The notes under the pieces were generated by a model. It had not been told where the DNA came from. It saw only the letters and a program-made list of their open reading frames with translations, and ran no database searches. A DNA stretch of 64,000 nucleotides from an uncultured Acidimicrobiia bacterium. GTDB taxonomy: Bacteria; Actinomycetota; Acidimicrobiia; Spongiisociales; UBA4744. How positions within the stretch are numbered: the stretch's first letter is position 1; every line of letters starts with the position of its first letter. Below, piece by piece: positions 55,083 through 63,678 of this stretch. Position numbers and translations under genes: made by a program. The stretch spans positions 30,680 through 94,679 of the forward strand of contig CAZBXV010000001.1 of the NCBI GenBank assembly GCA_964496205.1. The letters run 5' to 3'.

Positions 55083-55851
55083 TCAGCGGGTGAAACACCT
55101 GGTCAGGCTTCGAAGCAGAAGGCACAGGGACGCCGAGGGTCGTTTCCTCATCGAGGGGTACCGAGAGCTGACCCGCGCCGTCGATGCCGGAATCGACATC
55201 GAAGAGGTCGGGTTCTGTCCGAGTCTGTTTCTCGGTTCGAACGAGCCCGCACTGCTGTCTGCAGCGGAGGCGGCGGGTGCCAATCTCGTCGAGTTCTCGG
55301 ATGAACCATTCCGGAAGGTCAGCTACCGGGACCGCCCCGAGGGCCTGGTTGCCGTGGCCCGCCAGTTCGCTACCGGACTCGACAGGCTAAGGGTCGATGG
55401 CGAACCCCTCCTGCTCGTCGTCGAGTCGATCGAGAAGCCGGGAAACCTGGGAACGATGCTGCGCACCGCCGACGCCACAGGGGTAGACGCCGTCATCGTT
55501 GCCGATCCGACCACCGACCCATTCAACCCCAACGTCGTGCGGGCCTCCATAGGTTGCTTGTTCTCCGTGCCCCTGGGAGTTGCGTCGACGGATGAAACGA
55601 TCCGATGGCTCGACGCTCGTGGCATCCCGCTGGTCGCTACCACTCCGTTTGCCGATCGTCTCCACTGGAGAGCGGACTATTCGGGTTCGTGTGCGATTGC
55701 GGTGGGCTCCGAGCAATACGGGCTCTCAGACGACATGCTCGATGCGAGTGCCGAGCGCGTTCGCATCCCCATGCACGGATCCGCCGACAGCCTCAACGCC
55801 GCCATGGCCGCAGGAGTTGTCCTCTACGAAGCGGTGCGCCAGCGGCAGTGA
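55057..55851 (+). CDS. TrmH/SpoU-family RNA 2'-O-methyltransferase.
   Basis: It has SpoU methylase motifs (LLLVVESIEKPGNLGTMLRTADATGVDAVIV, ASIGCLFSVPL, IAVGSEQYGLSDDM). The start is uncertain: a GTG at 55057 overlaps the sigma-factor 3' end, and another GTG lies at 55090. Confidence 0.75.
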   Translation: METITSTSNQRVKHLVRLRSRRHRDAEGRFLIEGYRELTRAVDAGIDIEEVGFCPSLFLGSNEPALLSAAEAAGANLVEFSDEPFRKVSYRDRPEGLVAVARQFATGLDRLRVDGEPLLLVVESIEKPGNLGTMLRTADATGVDAVIVADPTTDPFNPNVVRASIGCLFSVPLGVASTDETIRWLDARGIPLVATTPFADRLHWRADYSGSCAIAVGSEQYGLSDDMLDASAERVRIPMHGSADSLNAAMAAGVVLYEAVRQRQ

Positions 55852-55871
55852 CGGCCCCTCGGGTCGTCACG

Positions 55872-55949
55872 TATCTCGTATCTCGTATCTCGCACCGTGT
55901 GCAGCCACCTGGATGCTGCGTTCGCATGCGAAGTACGAAGTACGGAATA
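55872..55949. repeat. Two opposed arrays of heptamer direct repeats flanking a 12-bp palindrome, upstream of the Cho-like gene.
   Basis: (tatctcg) x3 lies at 55872-55892. After about 28 bp there is a perfect palindrome ttcgcatgcgaa at 55921-55932. (cgaagta) x2 plus cggaata lies at 55929-55949. The right array is close to the reverse complement of the left, making an imperfect long inverted repeat of heptads. Confidence 0.5.
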
Positions 55950-55966
55950 CGGGGCCGAAGGCCCGC
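55950..55966. other. GC hairpin GGGCC-GAA-GGCCC, possibly a weak terminator for trmH.
   Basis: cggggccgaaggcccgc is followed by ttctgtccc. It shares its core with the hairpin at 59772-59793. Confidence 0.35.
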
Positions 55967-55990
55967 TTCTGTCCCACCTCCCGTCTATCA

Positions 55991-56006
55991 TCGAACACAT
56001 GTTCGT
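55991..56006 (+). promoter_or_regulatory. LexA SOS box (actinobacterial/Gram-positive Cheo-box type) with an adjacent -10-like TATCAT.
   Basis: tcgaacacatgttcgt matches TCGAAC-N4-GTTCGA at 15 of 16 positions. TATCAT at 55986-55991 immediately precedes it. It lies 4 to 25 bp upstream of the candidate starts of the DnaQ/GIY-YIG gene. Confidence 0.6.
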
Positions 56007-56030
56007 TGGGTGGCCGACGTGACCTTTGCG

Positions 56031-57656
56031 ATGCAGCGCAGTTTCGAAGAGCTGGGTGCACCGCTGTTCGACGTCCCGTTCTGCATCCTCGATCTCGAAA
56101 CCACTGGAACGGCACCCTCCGCCGACGGCATCACCGAGATCGGAGCGGTGCTGTACCGCGGCGGAGAGGAACGCGGGTCCTTCCAGACACTTGTGAATCC
56201 GGGACGGGAGATCCCCCCTTTCATCACGGTCCTCACCGGCATCACACATTCGATGGTGATCGGCGCTCCGAGGATCGAAGAAGCCTTCCCCACGTTCCTC
56301 GAGTTCCTCGGCGACGCCGTCATCGTCGGTCACAACGTCCGGTTCGATCTTTCGTTTCTCAACGCAGCTGCCGTGGAACTCGGATACGGGAAGCTGCCCA
56401 ATCGATCCGTCGACACACTGGGACTTGCCCGACGCCTCCTTGGACGCGAGGTACGAAACTTCAAACTCGACACGCTGGCCGCCCACTTGCGTTCCCCCCA
56501 CACGCCGACCCACCGCGCACTCGCCGACTCCCAGGCGACAGCGTGGGTCTTTCATCGACTCCTCGAACGAGCCGGTACGATTGGAGTCACCGCGCTCGAG
56601 GACCTGCTCCAGCTTCCAACGGCACGCGGATCCCAGCACTACGAGAAGATCCGTCTCACCGACCGCCTTCCCCGACGGCCCGGCGTCTATCTCTTCCAGG
56701 ATCGCAACGGCACCGTTTTCTATATAGGCAAGGCCAAGAACCTGAGAACACGGGTTCGCAGCTACTTCTACGGGGACAATCGCCGCAGTGTCGCAACCAT
56801 GCTCCGAGAACTCGATCAGGTCGACTACCGCGAGTGTTCAACGGAACTCGAAGCCGAAGTCACAGAGCTGAGGCTCATCCACTCACATCGCCCGCGACAC
56901 AACCGGAGATCGAAGCCGCCGAAATCGTCGCATTGGGTGAAGCTGACCAGTGAGGCGTTCCCGCGTCTGTCGCTGGTCCGAACCCAGCGCGGCGACGCCG
57001 CCACATACCTTGGCCCGTTTCGAAGCAGAAGAAGCGCCGAGGTGGTGATGACGGCTCTTTGGGATGCTGTTCCGATCCGACGCTGCTCGAATCGACCAGG
57101 GACGCGTGACGCGCCATGCGCTCCCGCCCAACTCGGAGTCGCGATGTGTCCATGCGACGGCACGCTCGACGAGGACACCTACGCACCCGTCGTCGACACG
57201 ATCAGACGAGGTATCACTACCGACCCGGCGCTTCTCCTCGATCCGCTCGCAGACAAGATGACCGAACTCGCGGCACTCGAACGCTATGAGGAAGCCGCGT
57301 GGGTACGGGACCGCTACAAGGCGCTCGCCAGGGCTCTTGCCCAACGCCGGCAGTGGCAGGCGATGAACAGCGCCGGTGTGATATGGGCCGAGGCCTGTGA
57401 CGGCGGCGCCATCATCGACCACGGCCGGCTCTCCTTCGCCTGGAACGGACATCACGGACCCATGCTCGCCCCGGCAGGTGACACCCACGGGGCCGACTGG
57501 CCGCAAACCCCACCATCTGTCGGAACCGCCGAGGAGGTCCATCTGGTGTGGCAGTGGCTGACAAGACAGCCTGTGCGGCTCCTCGAGACGACCGGCAGGT
57601 TCGCACTACCCAGATCGCCGGTTCCTCAGCCTGCCCTTTCAGAAAGGGCCCTCTGA
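56031..57656 (+). CDS. DEDD (DnaQ-like) 3'-5' exonuclease fused to a GIY-YIG/UvrC-like nuclease domain (Cho-like excinuclease homologue).
   Basis: The exonuclease motifs are FCILDLETTG, VVGHNVRFDLSFL and HRALADS. The GIY-YIG motif is PGVYLFQDRNGTVFYIGKAKNLRTRVRSYF. An alternative GTG start lies at 56010. Confidence 0.8.
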   Translation: MQRSFEELGAPLFDVPFCILDLETTGTAPSADGITEIGAVLYRGGEERGSFQTLVNPGREIPPFITVLTGITHSMVIGAPRIEEAFPTFLEFLGDAVIVGHNVRFDLSFLNAAAVELGYGKLPNRSVDTLGLARRLLGREVRNFKLDTLAAHLRSPHTPTHRALADSQATAWVFHRLLERAGTIGVTALEDLLQLPTARGSQHYEKIRLTDRLPRRPGVYLFQDRNGTVFYIGKAKNLRTRVRSYFYGDNRRSVATMLRELDQVDYRECSTELEAEVTELRLIHSHRPRHNRRSKPPKSSHWVKLTSEAFPRLSLVRTQRGDAATYLGPFRSRRSAEVVMTALWDAVPIRRCSNRPGTRDAPCAPAQLGVAMCPCDGTLDEDTYAPVVDTIRRGITTDPALLLDPLADKMTELAALERYEEAAWVRDRYKALARALAQRRQWQAMNSAGVIWAEACDGGAIIDHGRLSFAWNGHHGPMLAPAGDTHGADWPQTPPSVGTAEEVHLVWQWLTRQPVRLLETTGRFALPRSPVPQPALSERAL

Positions 57657-57794
57657 CCTATTCCGTTGGTGGGCTACGCGACGGTAGGGTGAGCAGCGGT
57701 CCCGCCGATGTCGTGCCGGGCCAAATGGGCTGGAATTCCTGTCTCTAAGGACCGACCTTTCCAACGGCATCGGCCGGGACCTACGATTGCCTCC

Positions 57795-59765
57795 ATGCGT
57801 TTCACGATTCGTGCCGGTACCGATCCGTTCATTGCGGCGGATGCGACCCTCCTCGCCGCCATGGGGCTCCCCGGCGGCGGCATCGTCAGCCTCGGACACA
57901 CGCACGCCATGGCTCGACCGTCCGACGTGCGTGAGGCAACGGCGCTTCTCGTCGGCCCGGAGACGATGGCAAATGCCGGCCTCCACCCTGGTCAGGCCGC
58001 CGACGTCACCCGGGCGCTGCTCCCGTCGGCCGAGATGGTCACCATCTCCGGGGATGCTCTCGACCTCGACTCGAGGTCGCTGGTTCATGCGCTGCAGGGC
58101 CGTCCGGTCAGCGTCGGCGACACGGTCACGATCGATCCCTCCTACGGGGACGCCGGACCGGAGCCGGTTCAACTCATGGTCCATTCGGTCTCACCGGCGT
58201 CCTCCGGCGTTGTCACCGCCGCCACACGTTTCGTGGGTGAAGGCAAGGCTTCCTCGACCGAGCCCGCATTGGAAACGGTTCACCTGTCCACTACCCCGCC
58301 CCCTGTGCTCACCGGGCTCGAACAGGAACTGGAGACGCTGACGAGCTGGTTGAAGCTCCTCACATCTCCTCAGGACCTGCCGTCGGCGTGGGGACTGCCA
58401 AAGGTCGCAGGAGTGCTGCTGGAGGGGCCGACCGGGTGCGGCAAGTCCGAGCTGGTCGACGCTGCGGCGCACGCTGCCGGAGCGAAGGTGGCTGCTGTCG
58501 ACCTCAACCTCGTCTTCAAGCCCGAAGGCCTCCTCAACGCGCTCGAGAAGGCTGTGAAGGGCACGTCTGGACCGACGGTGATCTACGTGGATCGCGTCGA
58601 GGCGGTTGCCGGAGATCAGGGATTGGCACCGTATCGAACACAAGTGGCGGCGATTCTCCGATGGTTTCTCGACGCAGTCTCGGAGAGGGCGACCGTCGCA
58701 TGCACGCTCGGTGTTGCCTCGGCAGCGAGCCTCGACTCGGCCGTCACCGCATCCGGCCTCCTCCCCCGGACTCTCTCGATCCCCCCGCCCGATCTGCAGC
58801 GCCGCCGACTGCTGTTCGAGGCGGCGACGGCCAGGGTGCCTGCCGAGCCGTTGGACTTCGACATGCTCGCGGCCCGCACAGCCGGATTCTCGGGGGCCGA
58901 CATCACGGCTGCCGTCGTCCATGCATCGGCGCTCACCGTCGGGCGCGGCGGGAAGCTCACAAACGATCTGCTGCTCGAAGCGATCGAATCGACCGTTCCG
59001 TCTCTTGGCTCAGTCCCGCTGGGCGAGGTGCCCTCGTACGGATTCGAGAAGGTTGCCGATCTGAAGGAGGTCAAACAGCGTCTCACCGAGGCGGTGATCT
59101 GGCCGATGACCCAGCCCGAGCGTTTCACGTCTATGGGGATCGACCCACCCCGTGGCATCTTGCTCTATGGGCCCCCGGGTACCGGCAAGACGTTCGTGAT
59201 CCGAGCACTCGCCCACGAATCGGGAGCGGCTTTTTTCCCCGTGAAAGGCGCCGAGCTTCTCGACAAGTTCGTCGGTGAGTCGGAGCGCGGGGTGCGCGAG
59301 GTGTTCGCCAGGGCACGAGCAGCGGCTCCGTCGATCCTTTTCTTCGATGAGTTGGACGCGCTCGCCCCGGTACGCGGCAAGTCGACGACCTCGGTGACCG
59401 ATTCAGTCGTTGCCGCGCTGCTCACCGAGATGGACGGTGTGACGGCGCGAGGCGACGTGTCAGTGATCGGAGCGACCAATCGGATCGATCTGATCGATCC
59501 TGCACTCCTGCGTTCAGGGAGGTTCGAGGTCCACATCGAGCTGGGCTTGCCGAGGGAGGAAGCCCGCCGTGCCCTCCTGGGCCTCTCCGACGTCCCCTTC
59601 GCCGACGAGGTGGATCTCGATGAGCTTGCCCGCCGTACCGAAGGCCTGTCGTTTGCTGATCTGTCGGGCATGCTGCGGGAGGCTGCCCTCACCGTGCTGC
59701 GGGAGGGCAAGTCTGAGCTGACGGTCGGCTGGCCGGAATTCGAACAGGCACTGGGCCGGTTCTGA
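57795..59765 (+). CDS. Cdc48-like double-ring AAA+ ATPase (Cpa-like).
   Basis: It has an N-domain, then D1 with a variant Walker A (LLEGPTGCGKS), then a canonical D2 (LLYGPPGTGKTF, Walker B ILFFDELDAL, arginine finger LLRSGRFE). Confidence 0.8.
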   Translation: MRFTIRAGTDPFIAADATLLAAMGLPGGGIVSLGHTHAMARPSDVREATALLVGPETMANAGLHPGQAADVTRALLPSAEMVTISGDALDLDSRSLVHALQGRPVSVGDTVTIDPSYGDAGPEPVQLMVHSVSPASSGVVTAATRFVGEGKASSTEPALETVHLSTTPPPVLTGLEQELETLTSWLKLLTSPQDLPSAWGLPKVAGVLLEGPTGCGKSELVDAAAHAAGAKVAAVDLNLVFKPEGLLNALEKAVKGTSGPTVIYVDRVEAVAGDQGLAPYRTQVAAILRWFLDAVSERATVACTLGVASAASLDSAVTASGLLPRTLSIPPPDLQRRRLLFEAATARVPAEPLDFDMLAARTAGFSGADITAAVVHASALTVGRGGKLTNDLLLEAIESTVPSLGSVPLGEVPSYGFEKVADLKEVKQRLTEAVIWPMTQPERFTSMGIDPPRGILLYGPPGTGKTFVIRALAHESGAAFFPVKGAELLDKFVGESERGVREVFARARAAAPSILFFDELDALAPVRGKSTTSVTDSVVAALLTEMDGVTARGDVSVIGATNRIDLIDPALLRSGRFEVHIELGLPREEARRALLGLSDVPFADEVDLDELARRTEGLSFADLSGMLREAALTVLREGKSELTVGWPEFEQALGRF

Positions 59766-59771
59766 CGCGAG

Positions 59772-59793
59772 GAGCGGGCCCGAAGGCCCGCTC
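59772..59793. terminator. Perfect 9-bp GC hairpin between the convergent cpa-like gene and the following gene (candidate bidirectional terminator).
   Basis: gagcgggcc-cgaa-ggcccgctc starts 7 nt after the cpa stop. There is no clear U-tract on either strand. Confidence 0.45.
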
Positions 59794-59817
59794 CTTCATC
59801 ATGCTGCGAGTGCAGCG

Positions 59818-60732
59818 CTAGTCGATCGTTCCTCCCAACTGGTTGTAGGCGGCGTACGTCGTGTGGAACGCCTGCAGACCGGAGGTGTCCCCACTTGTGA
59901 TGTACAAGTGCAGGGCGTCGTACCAGTCGCTCTGGATCGTCGCCACAGAGGCCGGGTAGTTCACGCCTGCGTGTGCCGAGTTCAGCACCGCGGCGATCGC
60001 ATCCCTGGCCGCTTTCAGCACCCAGTCATCCGTGCCGCCACTTCCGACGATGTCGAGCATCGGCAGGTTACAGATCGAGTGGAAGTCCGGATTGCAGTTG
60101 CCGTCCGAGATGTATCCGTACAAGACCGTCTGGTCCTCCCAGAGTTGGTAGGCCCAGAACGGATTCCCGCCGACTGGATCGAAGTCCGGATCACTCGGCT
60201 CGTCCCAGCGGAAGAGGCCATTGCCACCCTGCCAGAAGCCTGGCGTCAAGCCCTCATCGCACGGGATGTGGAACAAGATCGTCCAGCTGTCCGTGCCGCT
60301 CGTGAACGTGTCGTTCGTGACGAATTCCGCTGTGTTGATCACGTAGTGATCAACACAGGCCGGGAAGTCGTCGATCGTGAACGTACGGTCGTAGCAAAGC
60401 GTCTTCGGCAGCGTGTCCGTCAACGCATTCACCGTACCGAGATCGACGTCGTCAGACGTGTCTCCCGGTGTGCCGTGGTCGTCCGTGACCGTGATCTCCT
60501 CGTCCACGTTTGTGACGGTTGTTGACGAGTCGAAGACCACATTGGCATTGCCGCTGTAGCCCATCGTCCCATCATCCGTCGCAACCTTCGCCGAATCAAA
60601 GTCATACAACTGCTGAGTCGCAGTCGCCGTATTCGTCCGACTCGACGCATCCGGCAACGACGCACTGTACGTGCATCCCAGTGTGCCGCCATTCGCCGCA
60701 ATGCTGTACGGGAACGTCACACCACAATCCAC
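59818..60732 (-). CDS. Hypothetical Asp/Thr-rich, Cys-containing protein with atypical codon usage.
   Basis: The coding-like part runs from VDCGVTFPYSIAANGG... to ...QLGGTID. Thr is mostly ACG and there are many NNT codons (tgt, ggt, aat, gat, ttg, tat, ttt), unlike neighbouring genes. No signal peptide is visible. The start is uncertain, either a GTG at 60732 or the ATG at 60564. The track extension to 61491 is R-rich and overlaps a plus-strand lipoprotein gene. Confidence 0.45.
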   Translation of the reverse strand: MDCGVTFPYSIAANGGTLGCTYSASLPDASSRTNTATATQQLYDFDSAKVATDDGTMGYSGNANVVFDSSTTVTNVDEEITVTDDHGTPGDTSDDVDLGTVNALTDTLPKTLCYDRTFTIDDFPACVDHYVINTAEFVTNDTFTSGTDSWTILFHIPCDEGLTPGFWQGGNGLFRWDEPSDPDFDPVGGNPFWAYQLWEDQTVLYGYISDGNCNPDFHSICNLPMLDIVGSGGTDDWVLKAARDAIAAVLNSAHAGVNYPASVATIQSDWYDALHLYITSGDTSGLQAFHTTYAAYNQLGGTID

Positions 60733-60852
60733 CTGGCGGTCGTGGCAGAAAAATCTCGGCCCTCTCCGAGAGCTTCGACCTTCTCGAACCCACCTGCCCG
60801 CAATGCTCCGAGAAGACCTCAAACCCAATCGGACGGCGCCGATACCGTGAGT

Positions 60853-61134
60853 ATGAAGAGGCTTGCCGCTCTCGCGGTCGTGGCCGTGCTCGCATCCGGG
60901 TGCGCGCCCCGCTACGACACCGCGCTTCTCACGTCGATCGAGGGCCGTTGGATGTGCGACGTCCAGCGATACACGTTTCAGCACCAGGAAGACATCCAAG
61001 CCGAACTGGACATTCGCCTTGAAGGCAACGGAGTGAGTCCGGAGCAGTACCACGCGTTCAAAGACGACCTGACCAAGAGTGAAGACCTCAGACAGCAGGT
61101 TCAAGCCGTGTACGACGAGGCGTGCGGGACCTGA
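60853..61134 (+). CDS. Small lipoprotein (93 aa).
   Basis: MKRLAALAVVAVLASGCAPRYD is a signal peptide with a lipobox (LASGC). Confidence 0.6.
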   Translation: MKRLAALAVVAVLASGCAPRYDTALLTSIEGRWMCDVQRYTFQHQEDIQAELDIRLEGNGVSPEQYHAFKDDLTKSEDLRQQVQAVYDEACGT

Positions 61135-61171
61135 ACTCAACCGAAAGTCCGATCTTGCCGATAGCCACCAC

Positions 61172-61948
61172 ATGAGATCACTGGCCGTGTCCGGACTGGC
61201 ACTCCTGCTGCTCGTCTCGGCGGCACAACCCGCGTCCGCCGCCAAGGGCGGTCCTGCGAAGGTCGACGCCCTCACCGCCCAAACCGGCACCGTGTTCGCC
61301 GGCGACTCGGCCTGGATCGAGATCGTCTGGGAGGCAGCCAACGGTGACGCAGACGACTTCCAGGTGACCGTCAGGAACCCCGAACCCGGGTGGGAGGTCC
61401 GATACCCGGCCAACACAGGCTCGTACACGTCCACCTGGGCGGACGCCACTTTGTCAAACGGGGAGATCGACTTCACCGCCATCCACGTCACCGTCCCCTA
61501 CGCCGCCAAGAAAGACGTCATCCTGCATCTCGAGGCCACCTTCACGACCGACGGCAAGTCGCATCAGCAGGCCTTCCAGGTGAAAGTGCCGGTCGCCACC
61601 TACTCCGGCAGCGACCTCACTTCGGCCGGCGGTGACACAATCATCGACGGATCAGGGTGGGTGCAGGTGCCGTTCGTCGGCAACGCTCCACGCCTCGACG
61701 AATTCCAGATGACCGCCACCCCACCGACGGGGTTCTCGATCACGTATCCCGGTAACGCGGGCTTCACCAGTCTCGCCCACGACGCCCGCCTCGAAGACGG
61801 CGAATCCGACTACGCCGCTTTCCACGTCGACGCCACCGGCGTCGCGCCCGGAACCTACACGGTGCCGCTCGACGTCACGTACACGAAGGACTCCACTCAG
61901 GGCAGCTGGACAGGATCGATCATGATCACCGTACCGGACACCGGATAG
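61172..61948 (+). CDS. Secreted protein with two tandem homologous domains of about 115 aa.
   Basis: It has a signal peptide (MRSLAVSGLALLLLVSAAQPASA). Domains 1 and 2 share EVRYPANTGSYTS with SITYPGNAGFTS, and GEIDFTAIHVTVP with GESDYAAFHVDAT. Confidence 0.65.
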   Translation: MRSLAVSGLALLLLVSAAQPASAAKGGPAKVDALTAQTGTVFAGDSAWIEIVWEAANGDADDFQVTVRNPEPGWEVRYPANTGSYTSTWADATLSNGEIDFTAIHVTVPYAAKKDVILHLEATFTTDGKSHQQAFQVKVPVATYSGSDLTSAGGDTIIDGSGWVQVPFVGNAPRLDEFQMTATPPTGFSITYPGNAGFTSLAHDARLEDGESDYAAFHVDATGVAPGTYTVPLDVTYTKDSTQGSWTGSIMITVPDTG

Positions 61949-61962
61949 TCCCACGCCGACCC

Positions 61963-63678
61963 CTACATCGACATCGAACCCTTGCGGAATCCTGTCCGGC
62001 CGATCAGTGCGTTGATCAACACCGGACGTCCTGCTGATGCGGCTTGTTTGGCGCTCGAAAGGGTCTCGTCGATTCGTGCGGGATCATTCAGCAGGAATCC
62101 CACGGCACCAAACCCCTCGGCCACCCTGTGGTAGTCCGTGGCGGCCAGCGCGGTGCCCACGTCGCTTCCGAGCATCGGGATCTGTTCACGGGCAATCTGT
62201 GTCCACCCGGCGTCGTTGCCGATGACCGCGATCGCGGGTACTTGGTGACGAACGAACGTGTCGAATTCGACGAGTCCGAACCCGGATGCCCCATCACCCC
62301 AAATCAGCCACACCTCGGAGTGCGGCCGCGCCCGTTGGGCAGCCATTGAGAAGCCTGCGCCGACACCGAGTGTGCCAAAAACCCCCGGATCCAGCCAACC
62401 GAGGGGACCTCGAGGATGCAGGATATACGAGGCCGATGCGACGAAGTCTCCGCCGTCGGCAACGATCACCGAATCGGCGGCCATGGCATCGTCGATCCTC
62501 TCGAGCAGATGAAGTGGATTGATCGGGTCGACGTGCTGCGCAGCCTGCTGAGCGATCTCTCGTTCTCGCTCGGCGTCCCGACCTGACAATCGTTCGCGCC
62601 AGTCGGACCAGGTACCTGCCCCATCTCGCTGGGAGAGACGGACCAGGAAGCGTCCCGCATCTGCATGAACCGCGACCGCCGGTCGACGGTTCTTGGTGAG
62701 AGCCGCCTCGTCTCGCCCCACGGTCACCACCTTGACAGAACGGCCAATGGAGCGTCCGTAGCCGAGACGGAAGTCGATCGGCATGCCCGCAAGGATTGCA
62801 AGGTCGGCCTCCTTGAGCGCCTCTCTTCGACGATGACGCATCTGCAAAGCATGGGTCCGCCCCAGCAGACCCCTTGCCATACCCGTCAACCAAGTTGGTA
62901 CCCCAAGGCGTTCGACGGCCAATGCGACAGCACTGCTCTCGGCAGGCACCGACACGGCCCCACTCCCCACGATGAGCAGTGGCCGTTCCGCCGATTTCAG
63001 CAATCGATCGACACGGTCCACGAGAACTCGTGACGGCCGCGGAATCTGAACGGAACCCTCCACTTCAGGTTGACCTTTGGCGAAGAGCCGGCTCAACCGC
63101 CACTGGAGGTATCTCTCCGTCGCCCGGCCGGCCATGCTCGTCGGCGTCCCTCCCGATCCCACATACATGTCGCGCACGACGCTCTCCGGGTACAACAGGT
63201 CAACCGCCGCCTCGACGAACACAGGGCCCGGCACATCGGACATCGCGATTCGAGCCGCACAGTGGACTGAAGCCGCCAAGTCACGGACCCGCTTCACTCG
63301 CAGCGTTGCCTTGACGTGGGGGCCTACCACCGCCTGCTGATCGATGTCCTGTAGCGCTCCCCTTCCCTGAAGTACCGTGGCGGCCGCACCTCCGATCAGC
63401 ACCAAAGGAGACTGCGCGAGTGTGGCGTTCTGAAGTGCGGTCAGTGTGTTTGTCACGCCCGGACCCGCCGTGACAACTGCCACACCCGGAGTTCCGGTGA
63501 GTCGCGAGGTCGCATCGGCGGCAAAAACGGCTGTTGCCTCGTCGCGCACGTCGATCACTTCGACTCCTCGATCGACCGCAGCGGTCAAGATCGGAGCGAT
63601 GTGACCCCCTGTGAGCGTGAAGAGCGTCCGAACGCCTTCCTGGACGAGCGCGTCGACTATGACATCTCCGCCGTGCAT
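61963..63678 (-). CDS. Thiamine-pyrophosphate-dependent enzyme (acetolactate synthase large-subunit family).
   Basis: It has an N-terminal TPP Pyr domain ([21 protein letters not shown]), a central domain and a C-terminal TPP-binding domain ([32 protein letters not shown]). Confidence 0.8.
   Translation of the reverse strand: MHGGDVIVDALVQEGVRTLFTLTGGHIAPILTAAVDRGVEVIDVRDEATAVFAADATSRLTGTPGVAVVTAGPGVTNTLTALQNATLAQSPLVLIGGAAATVLQGRGALQDIDQQAVVGPHVKATLRVKRVRDLAASVHCAARIAMSDVPGPVFVEAAVDLLYPESVVRDMYVGSGGTPTSMAGRATERYLQWRLSRLFAKGQPEVEGSVQIPRPSRVLVDRVDRLLKSAERPLLIVGSGAVSVPAESSAVALAVERLGVPTWLTGMARGLLGRTHALQMRHRRREALKEADLAILAGMPIDFRLGYGRSIGRSVKVVTVGRDEAALTKNRRPAVAVHADAGRFLVRLSQRDGAGTWSDWRERLSGRDAEREREIAQQAAQHVDPINPLHLLERIDDAMAADSVIVADGGDFVASASYILHPRGPLGWLDPGVFGTLGVGAGFSMAAQRARPHSEVWLIWGDGASGFGLVEFDTFVRHQVPAIAVIGNDAGWTQIAREQIPMLGSDVGTALAATDYHRVAEGFGAVGFLLNDPARIDETLSSAKQAASAGRPVLINALIGRTGFRKGSMSM

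Noticed and set aside
59818-61491. 557-aa minus-strand ORF.
   Set aside because: Its upstream 250 aa are R-rich and antisense to a plus-strand lipoprotein gene and a secreted-protein gene with clear signal peptides. Only the part below 60732 looks coding.
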